Below are positions 14,081-28,565 of a DNA stretch of 64,000 nucleotides, one piece after another. This stretch comes from Geosiphon pyriformis uo1 (taxonomy: Eukaryota; Fungi; Glomeromycota), in NCBI GenBank assembly GCA_016748015.1, contig JAAOMT010000074.1, forward strand, positions 62,001 to 126,000, in the 5' to 3' direction. Position numbers and translations under genes: made by a program. The notes beneath the pieces were generated by a model that saw only the letters and a program-made list of their open reading frames with translations, did no database searches and was not told the origin of the DNA. Every line of letters begins with the position of its first letter. Position 1 is the first letter of the stretch.

Positions 14081-15015
14081 AAAAATATGATTAATATATA
14101 TATATATATATATAATTTAAAAAAACATAGTTATAGTTTTAATTAAAATTTGTTTTAATTGTTTATTTTTAATAAAAATATTTTTATTATTTATAAATTA
14201 TATTTATTTGTTTATTTTTAAACCTTTTTTAGTTTTTTTATTCAAAAATTAAATGTTAATTGCATAATACATTTGAAATTAATACTTAAAATTATAGTTT
14301 TTAATTATAATTAATTTTTTTTTATTTTTTTAAAGATTATTGGTTAATATAAAAAAATAAAAATAAATATAAATATAATTTAACTATTATAAGAAATAAT
14401 TCAATATTATAATAGTTTAATAAAAAATTTTTAATAACAAAATAAAATAAATTAAAAACAATAAAATTTTTAATTTATTAAAAAAGTAAAAAAATAATAC
14501 TAAATTTTTTTTAATTATAATTAATCTTAAAGTAAATTAAATATTATTATTATCAAATTACTATATTAAAATTAACAATATTATTATAAAAAATATTTTT
14601 ATATTTTTGTTTTTTATAAAAAAAATAATTATAAATAAAACATATTAAAAAATTAACTAAAATTTTCAAATATTAAAAAATTTTAAAACTAATATTTTAT
14701 AAAACACCAAATATTATAATACTTTATTTAAATAAATTATCTATAATAATAAATTAAACTATTTATTAAAAACTAATTAAAGCAAATTAAAAAAATTAAT
14801 AATATTATAATTAAATTTTAAAATAAAAATATATACATAATTATAAAAAATAATTTTAATAAAATTAAAATAATTAAAATATTAATATATGTATTTAAAA
14901 TCTTTAAAATTTAACAATATTTTAATAAAAAAGTAATTAAAATATTAATTAAAAAAAATATTTAAAAAATTAATAAGTTTTTTAATACAATTTACAAAAT
15001 AATTTTAATATATAT

Positions 15016-18000
15016 ATTTTTTTTTATTTGGTTTAACAAATGTGGTTCAATTACTATATAAATATATATAATATATATATATTACAAACTAAATACAATT
15101 TACATACTTTCTATATATAACCAGTTATTTGGACCAATCTAAACTATATTATGAATTTACTACGACTGATAATTTATTATTCAAACCTAAAAAATCAAAC
15201 ATTTAGATCATAAACCAGAATACATACTTTTAATTTTATCTATACTAAGCAATACTATCACATTATCACTTAAATCATTATCATCTCTTTTATTAATAGA
15301 TATTATACTGTCATTAACAAATATAAGTCCTGTTTTTTCTATATAGACCTAGTATTTAGATCTGTTATATTATATCACAAATCTGTATACTGATGCCAAA
15401 TCTCTAACAAAAGATATCATTTTTATACCTACCAGCTTAGAACTACTGAAGGCACTCAAAACTTCACAGCATTAACTAATAGATACTAACTCCCTTGCCA
15501 GATTTGAATAGATACTAATATTATGTATATAGAAGAAAAGATCCTGGACAATCACAGAAAAAGAAACAGCAATATTTAGAATAATAACTATTTCTTACTA
15601 GACTTAACCAAAATCTTGTCATGAACTGCCTCATTATAAAAACATTTGAAAGCATGATTAGAAGTGTCAATTATGTTACAAAATAAACACCTTATGTTCA
15701 GATAGAAACTATAATACAAATGCTTCCAAACTGCCACTGACAAACACCTATATAATGCTTTTATAAAATAAGTTCTTAAAGAAGCTGACAAATAGCCCAT
15801 AAAGCCAAAAGCCATGTACTCATTAGGTTGTCAGATCTTAAAAGTTCTTTTCTAATCTATTTTGTTAACATTACAAAAACCTCTTATCTTAAAACCAAAT
15901 CCAACTTCTTACTTAGCTCGACTTAACACTTAATAATAAACATTGTAAGACAATACCAAATTACCAGATCACACAAAATATTTATTAACAAAAGTAGAAA
16001 AAGTGGCATTGTAATAGCATGGATCAAAAACAAGCACATTTGCACACTCATTTTTTAACATACCAGAATGGTTTTTAACCTTGATCCAAGACATTATAAG
16101 TAACTTTTTTCTAATAAAATTGACAATCTAATGCTGTTTTATTCACAAATGTTTCTTAAAATCTGGCATTGCCAAATCCAACTCATCAATACAAGCAGAG
16201 ATGACAGCCTGACTATCTGAATAAATGATCACACTGCACCCTAAAGGAATACAAATAAGTGCAAGAGTAATAGCCTTAAGTTCGGCCAAAGTTAAAAACA
16301 TAATATTCTGAATTTTTGCCTTAATATTGACACTAATATTGGCATAAAATACAACAGCTTTTACAACAACTAACATAGAACCAAAACACTTTACAGAACT
16401 ATCTGTGTAAATATTAAAAGAAACTAAACCAGAATTTAGCAGAATGTCCTTAGTCTTGTCAATAGTATCAGCCATAATAGAATTATAAAAGTAGTCATTA
16501 GAAAAATGAAGCATTTTGTCAGCTGTAGGCAACTTGCTACCCAAAAAATAGACAGCCAAGCTAAACCACACTAGTATAAATCTTCACAAATCCAGATGTT
16601 TTTAACACTTAAAACATTTCCAATTAAAGTACTCACATTTTTTGTTCAACAGTTGTTCCATAAAAGTTATTCCATACTGTTTCAGAAAGTAAACCACTTC
16701 AAAAAAAACACCATGTCTGAGAACCTTAGACATTAGCATCTTACCAAAAAAAATGAAAAACATTTGGAAAAAGACAAGCCACAAAATAAAAAAATTTTTA
16801 CAATTCCAGCTAAAAAATTATTCTTGGGATTAATATGCAACTTAATAAAACAACACAACAGATGCACAGGTAACCAACTAGAAACATGTAAATCTAAACA
16901 TCTATGAATGAAAAACTGACCCAAAATACCAGGAGCATTCATGAAACCAATGACAGAAGACAACTTACTCTTAGCCTGTACTTGGCCAAATGTTTTAACA
17001 TCATATAAAAATAGATGCAACAATGCCATAGTAGAAAAATTACAGAGAAGACAAAATTTAATCTTTAAGTTTTTTTTAATTACAGTGTCCTACTTGGTGC
17101 AAACATTCTTAGGAATAAAACTAAATTACATTCTGTAGCTGACAATAGATTGTAAAACTGAAGAAACCAGATAGCAAAATTGTTTATTAAAAATAGTTTT
17201 GCACAAAACCATATTAGAAAAAAACTGAATATCTGAATGTGTTTTAGCCAAACTTGGCTTCAACAGTTTTTTTATGAAAAAAAATATACCCAAGTACCAA
17301 TGCAATTTGCCCTTCTTAGCCACCACATTTAACAATCTGCTAATAGATAGGGAAGCATTCCTAATTCTTTAATTGATAAAAATAGCCACAATCTTCTCAG
17401 TGTTTATAAAAATATTATTAAGAGTAAAAAACTTATTGGCTATATTCAAAATATACTGGGTAGCAGTCTAACTGCTGCCAACTCAGATTGTATTGTTTAC
17501 AAAAACTTCAGCAGCAAGATAAGAAGTTATTTCAGTCTATGACTTTATTTTACCAAATTTAGCAATAAATCTTGAATTAACTCTGTACCTACATAAATAC
17601 TCATATCTTTTGATCTTGTATAAAAAGAAATCATAAAAATTTTTCCAAAGAAGAGATAAAAACACCTTATTCTAATCAAGTCTATTTAGCACTTTGTAAT
17701 TTTTCAAAAAACCAAAATCAGTCATTACTTTATTGGTTCTGTTTAAGTGAATATTCTCAAAGAAACCAATAAATCTGCTACATATCTTAATACATGTTAG
17801 ATTAGCTTTTAGATAATATTATTCTACTAAATTATAAGCTTTGTGCATATTTTGTAAGACCAATTAGAGCTTTTTTTCTTTCTTTAAGACATTTTCTACT
17901 ATTGAACCAATAGCAAACATAAGTGATTGAGTTGAAATATTTTTTAAAACAAAGAAATTGTTACCACAAAGAACTTAAACCTACTACAAGCTGAAGATAT

Positions 18001-21000
18001 ACAGTCTGACAAAATTTTTTTAGTAGTTTTAATTAAAGCTATAAGCCATGTAATTGTAAAGTTGTTATCTCAATTATAAGATTTAGGGATCATTGAAATC
18101 CAGACACTCTTCTATGAAGTAAAAACATTATCATGCAAAATACAAGTGTTCAACACATTCAAAAGACATCTCAATACCATATTATTACAATGCTTTTAAA
18201 GTTCATTTGATATATTTGACAGCCCAACAGCTTTGTCAACAGAAAAGTTCCTAATAACCAAGATTAATTCAACCAAGAAAAAGTGTCTTTCTCTATATAG
18301 CTTAGGAAATTATACTGGTGAGACCACAAATCAGACACTGCTGTAAATACTATTTGCTTTCTTGTTCAATTCACCATGATTTTGTCAATTTTGTGCTTTA
18401 TTTCATTTGGATCTAAGATTAAATCCTCACTGATTACCAAATAATTAAAAATTACCTTGCAAAAAAAATAATTTAGAATGCTTTTAATCATATTCTCTTT
18501 TCCTAAAACAAAATTATCTATATGTTTTTTGATAGTCTTATTGATTAAATTACTTTTGGCCAACTCAGATTCTCTATACTTTGACTTGTGGTAATTTTTT
18601 TTGATTATTGACAATTGTTTGAAGATTTCCACAAAACTAGCACATTTATTAAGTAAACTAGAAATCTTAGAAAACTCTGTACTATTACTAACTAATCAAA
18701 CTCTCATTAATTAGACAAACTCTGAACTATTTCCTGAACTTAATGCTTTAACTAACTGAGTGACTAACAATTCAAGTCTGTAGAACTTAAAAAAATGCTT
18801 GTTCCTAAAGTAGTCAAAAACACTGAACCAATGTTTAAAAAAAACCAAGTTTGCTGACTCAGTTATTACTATTTTAAGCAATTTCTACATAGCATCCAAA
18901 TTACCAAGATTTTTAGCAGCTATAAAGTCAATTTCCAAGAATAATATTTTAACAGAAGCACAGTTCCTAAAACAAATTTACTTGGCATTATCTGAGTTCT
19001 TAAACCCAAATTTTCAATAGTCTCTATTAGCCAGTTTTTGCAATATATTTAAACACTTGTTCAAAAGTCTATTCAGATTCATAAAGACAGATACAGCCAA
19101 ATAATTGGTGTCAAAAAACTTAGAAATACTGTTTACACATTTTCTAAACATTGAAGTCGAAAGGTGTTTATTGACAAAAACAAAATCAATAGTCTTATTA
19201 ACCCTCTTAGAATTGCACCAAGTTGAAAGTTTGAAGACAGAATTGTCCAAAAGTATATTATACAATTCTAAATCTAGACATGTTTTGAAACTTGCATTAT
19301 GTTTTGATCTGTTCTTATTGAAATCACTACCAAGTATTACATAAAAGCTTGAATTTACAGTTATGGCTATAAGCAAATTTATGATGGGCATTTGGTCAAA
19401 TCTCATACTGACCAAAGCACCAGCATACAAACCCAAAATTGTAATAGAGTTCTTATTCACAAAAAAAAACAAATAAAAAGAAAATGACCAGAGACTTCAA
19501 AAACTTTACACACATGACAAACAAAATTTTTACTTAAAACTATTGCCATCTCTAACTCCAAATGTTTATTATCTAATCCAGAACTAAAAACTTTTAAACC
19601 AGAAAATCTGTTCTTGAGCCAAAGCCTACCATGGCTCTTGAGCTTTATCTCAATTAAAATAGAAACTATATTACCAGATTTTTTGTGCCATTTAATGACA
19701 TCCTTCTGCTTAGCCATATTATTCAAGCCTCTGACATTGCATGTTGTAAACTTTCAACAAATTTACTTATTAAAATGATAAATTCACAAAAGAAACTAAG
19801 TTAACACACAAATGATCTAATTTTTTCAAAACCAAATTAATAAAAACTTCAAGAGCCACTAATTTGGATTTCAAACTATCAATCTTGGCAGTTAGAATCT
19901 TTAATCTGCTCAAACCCAAATCCAAAACCCTATTATCTGTAAAAAAAGATAAGGGAATTGGCAATTTAGATAAATTATCCAAAGCCATATCCAAATTTGA
20001 ACTTGAATTTACAAAAACAAAAGTACTAGGAGACAAAGATTGAAAAACAGACACCAAAGACACCAGATCAACATTGTTTAATTTATGTACAATACTTAAT
20101 ACTTGGTTAGCCAAAAGTTTCAAAGAGCATTTTAGAAATACCAAACAAGCTTCAATAGTTGAATTATTTTGAATAGTCAAACCATCTTTTTTACTATTAC
20201 TTAACACCCCAAAAGATGAGAAAAAACCAACACCAGAACCAAAACTAACATAAAAACTATTGGAGGAAGAAGCAAATGAAACCACTTGTGCCCAAAATTT
20301 GCCACCAAAAACAGCAAAATAGAAAATCAGAACACTTTTTTTTGTGTACAACCTCACCAACTGAAGACAATATTCTACTGAAGCAATCTTTTTAAATGTT
20401 TTTAAAGATTTAGAAGTAAACACAATTGGTGTATTACACTCTAAAGCAAAATGTCCAAAATGCCCACACTTTTTGCAATAAACCAAATTTATTCTAGTCC
20501 AAAAGAGCTTAACTCCACCAAAAATAGGCTTTGTAAAAAAAGCCAATTCCAAACTTTTATCAGATTCAAAACGAACCACAGTGCAGCAAAATCTATTATT
20601 AGTATTCAACAATTGATTAATAATATATGTTTTTTTACCAGCCTTTTTCAAAAGAGTCTCAAGATTATATGCTATTGTTTCTATTGGCAAAGTAAACAAA
20701 AGTGCTCTGAATTGATCTTTTAATGCCCAGATATTTCAATCTCTTATGGCTTTGGTCATATGTACTAAATTTTTTCCAATTAAGAATAATCATTTTGCTG
20801 CCAGTTGATTAGCCTAAACCAATTCAACGAACTCCATTACAGTCTTTTATTACAGTTCAACCAATTGCAATTGGATTAATACTATCTTATCAAACTCAGT
20901 TACTGTAATAATAATTATATTTTTTGGCATATTCATGAGAATTTTCTTAATAACCACAGTTTAATCTAATCAAGTTCTTTGTTTTTTAAGATTGTCATTT

Positions 21001-21770
21001 ACTTTTATCTATTTTTTTTAGCCAATAATACAGCTTTGTTCATGCTCTCCTCTGATATAAATGTAGATCTAATAATCTTTTCAAATTTTGAGGAAGTAGT
21101 GGCTTCTTTAAAACCATTGACAACTGAAAAAAATTTTTTAATTACCTGTGTTTTTATTGTTATAAATTTGCTCTCCACTGCTGAAAAATTGATGTCCAAA
21201 GCAAATGACTTTTTAATAACAACTTTCAATTGAGTTTTAACAATTTTAGGATCAATCCATTTCCTATCCAAAGAGATTAGAAGGTAGGAAAAAAGAGAAA
21301 TCTCCTCGTTATTATTTATATTAAAGTTAAAAGAATTAAGTGAGGAACCAAAAACAGCACTAGTATTAATATGCTTTGCTTTAGGAATAGTAGCAACCAA
21401 ATCCAACAGAGGCCCACCAAGAACACCAGACATGTCAACTCTTTTATTATTACCAAACAAACTATTTATGTTAAAGTACACACTATTGTTAAATTCAGAC
21501 TTAATCAAAGATATATATCTCTCATTATCGGAATGTTTAATATTTCCAAGAACAGCTTTTTTTTTTGTAGAAAAAAACCACCAACAGGATCATAAAAAAC
21601 ATCTTTAAGAGCCTTTTTTTTAAACATATTATTACTCGAAGCAGTCTCCAACTTCATGAAAAAGAAATTATTAGGTAAAAAAATATTAATATATAAACTA
21701 AAAAAAAATAAAAAACTTTTTTTCAGAAATGCACTCTTTGAGAAATTTTGGGTAAAGAAAAGAAAGAAGT
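15016..21770 (-). mobile_element. LINE copy 3, near full length, intermediate decay, with RNase H and C-terminal Cys motif
   Basis: ORF1 21508-19770 with CKKCGHFGHFALEC. APE (GSDFN, TIDFVF), RT (YLGIF), RNase H (IYTDSS, AELKAI, YSDSQ) and CLFCNIIDTSNHAFKC. 3' UTR and A-tract at ~15016-15150. Confidence 0.93.
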
Positions 21771-22789
21771 TTTTTTTTGTTTTTGTTGTTATTGTTTTAT
21801 AAGATATTTTAATTTATAATATTTTTAATATTTTTAATATTTTTGATAAAATTTTTAAAATTAAATTAAAGTTTATTAGTATTTAATAATAATATTATTT
21901 ATTTCAAGTTTTATGTTGTTATTATATCTGTTTTTGTTTATTAATTAGTTTTAATAAAAAATAATATTTGAATTTTTTTGTGTTTAATTAAAAAAAATTA
22001 TTATTTTATATAATACTTTTAAAATTAAGTTAATTAACTTTTTTTTAATTATACAGTTTTTAAAATTAATTTATTTTTTATATTTCCAATTTTAATTGGT
22101 ATTTAAGATATGTAATTATTATTATTTAATTTAAAATTAATTTAAATACTATTATTATTAGAATTAATACATTAAAAAAAAGTCATATTTAATAAAAGAT
22201 TTCTAAATATTAGTATTATTTTAAATTTTAAATATTTAGTTTTTAATTACAAAATAAATTTTTTTTTTCTAAATTTTTGTTTAAATTTGTAATTGGTTTA
22301 AGTTTTGTTTTATTAATACAAAATTTTATAATAAGATTGTTGCTTTTTTGGTCTTTTTATTTATTTTTAATATTTTTAATATTTTCAATTTTTTTAGAAT
22401 TTGAACTGATTAAATTGGTTTTGTTAATTAGATTAATTATTGAATTTATTAATGTTTTGGTTTTTTTGGTTACAAAATTAGTTGGTTTTTTTTTTAAATA
22501 TTAAAATAAAAAAAATATTAATAATTAAAAAAAATATTGGTATTTTTAAAAAAGTTGTTAATAATTTAAGTAAGATAATAATAAATTTTAAAATAAAATA
22601 TAATGTAAATAATAATAATAATATATTTTATAAAAACCCAGATTTTTTTAAAAATAAAAAAATTTTGCAAAATTAATAATGTTTTAAAAGCTTTAAGCTT
22701 TTAATATTAAATTTAATACAAATAAAACTACCACATAGTTGACTAATTTGGGTTTTAATAATAAATTAATTAAAATTATACAAAAAATA

Positions 22790-22965
22790 GTTTTTTTTTG
22801 AATAAGTTTGCTTTTGTAAATTTAATTTAATTTAGTTTTAACCAGTTTAAATGATTAGTCACATGTAAAAATACATGAATTATGTTTAAATTAAAACTTA
22901 TTTTACAGTTATATTGTATTAGATAGTAATTAAACTACATTTTCTTAAAGCATTAAAAAAAAATA
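22790..22965 (+). mobile_element. Isolated LINE 3' end (3' UTR plus A-tail)
   Basis: TAGTAATTAAACTACATTTTCTTAAAGCATT(A)n matches the copy 3 end TAGTAATTGAACCACATTTGTTAAACCAAAT(A)n. GTCACATGTAAAAATACATGA matches the copy 4 3' UTR at ~49190. Confidence 0.7.
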
Positions 22966-23356
22966 TAATAAATAAATATTAAATTAATTATAATTATTTA
23001 AAAAAGTATTTTCAATTTAAATAATGTAAAATTAAATTTATATATTTATAATCTATTAGTTAAAATATATTATCTTTTGCAATAATTTTTTATTTATTAT
23101 TTTAAAAATTATTATTGTTTCAAAATATTATTTTTGGTTGTTTTTATACATAATAAAGTATAAATAAATTTTTTTAATTTTAATTTTAATTTTTGATTAT
23201 TTATAAATAAAACTTTTCTAAAAAATCCAGCCGATCTGCCATCTAATACGGTGCTCCCGCCCTCGATTACCATTTATATACTTCGATCAAAAGTCTGAAC
23301 TTTTGAAAGGACTCAATTTTCTCTTTTAACCATTAACTAGAAATCTTAACAACAAA

Positions 23357-24046
23357 ATGCTCATTAAAGTCAAGGTATAGTATTTATCAAAGCAAACTAA
23401 AGATTTGTCTCTTCAATTACGAAAGGTTCTCTTAACACTCTTGTTTTTTTAATCAACTAGACCCTCACCGGAAAAGAAGCAAGTATCTTCTGTTCTTAAA
23501 GCCTTATTCCTTGAAAATTAAATGTACCCTCAAAATACTTATAATAGGTTTTCTTATTTGTGCCTATAGATCGAGATTGATATAGAACCAACTGACAAGG
23601 TTTGTAAAGAAAATTGAAATTCTATTTGAACCGCTGCGTATTATGTGTCTCATAGTTTGTAAATAACATCTCTAGATTACACGAATCAAAGAGCGTGTTG
23701 AAGAAAAAGAAGGAATTCCACCAGCGCAACAACGTCTAATTTTCGGTGGTAAACAAATGTAGGTTGTTTCCGAATTCTCTATAGAAATATGGGAGATATT
23801 TGATCACAATGGCAGTTACTTGGTTTTTGAGGTTTTTTATCAATCGGCTTTTGTTATATATCAATGGATTGAAAAATTAACCAAAAGCTTATAATTTTCT
23901 TTGGGTCTTTGATTCATAATCAATAATAAATTATAATCATATGTTGCTTTAGGGCCGACGATAAGACAGCCCTTGAATACAGCATAGAAGGTGGCTCCGT
24001 TCTACATTTGGTGTTGGCTCTTCGGGGTGGTACTGTTCTCTGTTGA
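23357..24046 (+). CDS. NEDD8: NEDD8/Rub1 ubiquitin-like protein (5 exons)
   Basis: Exons 23357-23374, 23461-23478, 23570-23599, 23676-23758 and 23953-24046 give [80 protein letters not shown]. Confidence 0.97.
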
Positions 24047-24600
24047 TTTGGAAATATGGAGGTTTATGTTATACCTTTCGAAGCATACGAATAATAGAAA
24101 ATTGATAAAAATGTTCAAATGGACGTTCATTTTTTTTCCGAACATTATATATAGTTTATTGCTCTAGGCGTATTCGCCGTCTCCCTGTCATACTATTATA
24201 ATTTTATACTTCAAACATTGATCCATTCATTGGATCATTCACCAAATACACATTGCCAAAGTGCTGCGAAAACATCTAAAATAGAAAGTAAATATGAACC
24301 TTTTGGTTTTTTAACTTGAGAGGGTCTGATCGAGTAATGGGTTTAAAGACTAACCTCGGTTTTAATGTATGTTAGCAATTATAAATTTGGCATTAATTAG
24401 ATCAATCGTAATTAATATTATAAGATCATAGCATTTAATATCTGCTGACTAGACACTAGGCTCGAAATGATGAAAAATGACGCATTCGAGATCATTTTAC
24501 GATCTCGGAAAGGTGGTTATAAATATTAATATTAAATCTAGAATTTGACTGCGAAAAGTCGATTCTTATTACTTTAAGTGTTCCCTACTACTTACTTGAA

Positions 24601-27360
24601 ATGTATACGATTCTCAAAACTAGACTTCGAAACAGCATAGTGGTAGGCACGTTTCCCCCCATTTATTCTCTTGCATTTCACAATTGAATTTTTGATTCAT
24701 CTTGACCTTTTGAGAACACTCTCCTTGATATAAAACAGTTCTCTCCACGCACTTTAACTCGTGCCCTTCACGCTTCAAGGCCTACTGCACAAATAATTGC
24801 CTCACAACCATTGAGAGCAAAGGAGGCACCGGTAACTTTTAATTCCTATGTTAAGCACATCAAGTCTAATAATTATACGAGTACCTGGGGAGCATTTTTT
24901 CTGATACAATCGAACTCGATTTTTGATATTTTAGCCAAATTTGACCAGTAAATATGCTGTGATCGACCACACTTATGATGCAATCGTTGTTGGTGCTGGT
25001 GGTGCTGGCCTTCGAGCTGCTTTTGGTCTCGCTGAAGCAGGGTTCAATACAGCATGTATTACAAAACTCTTCCCTACTAGATCACATACTGTTGCTGCAC
25101 AGGTATGAACCCGTGAATATCTCAAAATCATATCTCAAAATCATATTTCAAATTTGTTCCTATTTATTCGATTCATTAACTTCCATCGTGTTTATAATAA
25201 GGGTGGTATAAACGCTGCTCTTGGAAATATGACTGAAGATGATTGGCGTTGGCATATGTACGATACTGTCAAGGGTAGTGACTGGTTAGGGGATCAAGAT
25301 GCTATTCACTATATGTGTCGAGAAGCCCCGCATACTGTAATTGAGTTGGAACATTACGGGGTACCTTTCTCCAGAACCGAAGAGGGCAAGATTTACCAAA
25401 GAGCATTTGGTGGCCAAACTTTAGATTTTGGTTCAGGTATTCCTTACTTTCCTGTATTGTGGGATTTTAGGATGCACAATAATTCTTTGATTTTTTTATT
25501 CAGGAGGTCAAGCTTATCGTTGTGCTGCTGTTGCTGATCGTACTGGACACGCTCTACTTCATACCCTATACGGACAGTCACTGAAACATAATACAAACTT
25601 CTTCATCGAATATTTTGCATTGGATCTACTTATGGAAGATCAAGTTTGTCGTGGAGTGATTGCATTGAATCAAGAAGATGGGACATTGCATCGATTTCGC
25701 GCCCACAAAACAGTGTTGGCTACTGGGGGATATGGACGTACGTATTTCTCTTGCACGAGTGCCCATACATGTACAGGAGATGGTAATGCTATGGTAGCGC
25801 GTTCCGGTCTTCCATTGCAAGATATGGAATTTGTTCAATTTCACCCCACCGGTATCTATGGCGCTGGGTGCTTAATTACCGAAGGTAGGATACAAGAAAA
25901 CTATTTTATGTAGTTTTAAAGTTAAATACTTTAAACAATCAGAAATTCAAATATACTTAGGTGCTAGAGGCGAAGGTGGTTATTTATTAAATAATAAGGG
26001 TGAGCGTTTCATGGAACGTTATGCACCAACCGCCAAGGATTTAGCCTCGCGTGATGTTGTTTCTCGTGCTATGACTATGGAGATCCGTGATGGTCGAGGC
26101 ATAGGTCCAGAGAATGATCATTTAAGCTTACAGTTATCGCATTTACCTCCTGACGTATTACACGAACGTTTACCCGGTATCTCTGAAACTGCCGCTATCT
26201 TTGCTGGCGTGGATGTCACCAAAGAAGCGATTCCAGTACTGCCAACTGTTCATTACAACATGGGGGGTATACCAACCCGATATACAGGAGAAGTTTTAAC
26301 AATTGACAAGGTAATAAAACAACCTATCTCCATTATTATTCTTCCCTCCAAATCCAAATCTTATTTTCATTGCATCCTAAGTTAGGGAAACTATAAGCTA
26401 ACTCTTAATCTAAACCAAAAACAAAATTGAAAATTTCATCAATACTGATTTCACTACTAAATCACATTTTTGTCACAGCAAGGTCAAGACGTTGTTATTC
26501 CTGGTCTTTATGCCGCTGGCGAAGCCGCATGTGTCTCGGTTCATGGAGCAAACCGCTTGGGTGCAAACTCCCTATTAGATATTGTAGTATTCGGACGCGC
26601 AGTCGCTCATCACATTCGAGATACTTTAGAGCCTGGGACTCCTCATAAAGGGCTTGAACCTAATACAGGTGCAAAATCTATAGCGAATCTTGACAAACTC
26701 CGGAATGCAAATGGATCTAAACCTACTGCCGAAATTCGGCTTAACATGCAAAAATCCATGCAAAGAGATGCTGCTGTCTTCCGAACTAAGGAATCGCTTG
26801 ACGAGGGTAAAAAATATTCCAATATTATTAAAAATTTTAAATGTGGGCTTAATCTTATGTCTCAATTTCTTCAAGGAGTGGAAAGTATTGACAAGATTTT
26901 CAAGTCATTTGAGGATGTCAAGGTCACAGACAGATCAATGATATGGAATTCAGACCTGGTTGAAACTTTAGAATTACAAAATCTTCTTACCAATGCCGCG
27001 CAAACGATGCACTCCGCCTCAGCTCGCAAAGAGTCGCGAGGGGCTCATGCAAGAGAAGATTATAAGGTTCAAATTATGGGTTTCCCAAGTAACTTTGCTT
27101 CAGAAGCTACACCAATTTCTAATCTTTTCTTTAATCAGGATCGTAATGATAAAGAATGGATGAAACATACTATATCATGGCAAGATCCAGAGTCTGGAGA
27201 GATCAAGTTAGCCTATCGAGCCGTAACGCACGATACATTGGATCAAAAAGAATGCAAAACTGTATGTATTTAACTTTATGAAATTGATCCTCAAAATTAG
27301 TGACTAATTTAACACCTATCATCTCCATTTCAGGTGCCTCCGAAAGCTAGAGTTTACTGA
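24601..27360 (+). CDS. SDH1: Succinate dehydrogenase flavoprotein subunit, mitochondrial (multi-exon)
   Basis: Presequence-like N-terminus, [45 protein letters not shown] and C-terminal VPPKARVY*. Confidence 0.98.
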
Positions 27361-27650
27361 AGAATAGGTTGAATTTTTGAATAGATAGACCTTATTGGTA
27401 GTATACGTTAGAATTGTTTATACATATACCGGCTCTGTAAATTAGAACTCTTCCCTTTTAATTATTTTATTGAAAAAATATATTGATTTTTAATGTTTGC
27501 TAAATAATCAATTTGCTTGATTCCTCTTTTTTTTCAAATGGTGATTTTCGTATCATGTTATTTAATTAAGTTGAAAGTGATACAAACCTCAGAATTTCAA
27601 TATAGATATAAGGAATATATATACGTCGTCAGGCAGTTAATTTTGACTTT

Positions 27651-28565
27651 TTAAATTAACAATCTCTCAATTTGACCCTTTATTGCCTGAATCTGGGGCC
27701 TTAATTCCGATGCCTCGTTACTTGTTATCGATGCAGCTATCACTGCACGACTGACTCCGCACGCACGACCTAGCGCGGTTTTTGATGGGACGAATACGTA
27801 TGGGACGTTCTAAAACAATAGTGATCGGAGGGTTATATGAAAATGATGAACGAGTCTCAATAAAATGGAATTACGCTTAAGTCATTCATTTTTGCTCATG
27901 AAAGCACCTTATCTTCGCATAGTAGCGGTAAATGTAGTAAGATTTCGATCGGTTCTGCATCTGCAGTCATCACAATGAATTCTGACGTACCGCGATTCAA
28001 AGTTTTGGTGGCTGTGAAGAATATATAATAAATTTCAGATGGTGCATTAATTTAGTCATCATATGGTATCTACAGGGCAGTAATTCTAACCCGTCGCGTC
28101 TGAATTTCCAATTTTTAATAAGAAAAGAGGGGGAACCAAGAAACGAGAAATGAGGTTTTTTCGTCTTTGAATGGCGTGTGCGAAGCTGTTACGCTGTCGG
28201 TAGGTGTGAGTTTTTAAACTTGAGCAGTTTTATTTTCGTTCTATTCCTTACTTAACGCCAAGAAAATTGTAAACCGAATTTTAAACTGATACCTTCATTG
28301 GCACCTTTTTTCAACTGTCGGTAGTGGGAAGCCTGCTGAATAAGATCGAGAATTTGGTTTGTCAAATCGGCATCAGCGAGTGGAAACGCTTTCGGATTGA
28401 TTTCTTCTGCCTGTTAGAGAAAGAAGTAAATTAAGGCATAAAAGCAAATTTATTGAAGTTGAGAAAGATATTATCAATACCATTTTTAAAGGAGTTTTAT
28501 GAAACTTGGGAAAACGGTAAAATTTTAGAAGTTTATTGTAAATAGCCTTCATAACCACGTGCCAT
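27651..28565 (-). CDS. SNU13: Snu13/15.5K kink-turn binding protein (4 exons)
   Basis: [10 protein letters not shown]...[16 protein letters not shown]...[33 protein letters not shown]...IERLLI*. Confidence 0.96.

Noticed and set aside
28035-28062. Intronic C/D snoRNA in SNU13
   Set aside because: The boxes are only 17 nt apart and overlap the branch region. The 18S complementarity is only ~9 bp to a site I do not know as methylated. Kept as a cis-element hypothesis instead.
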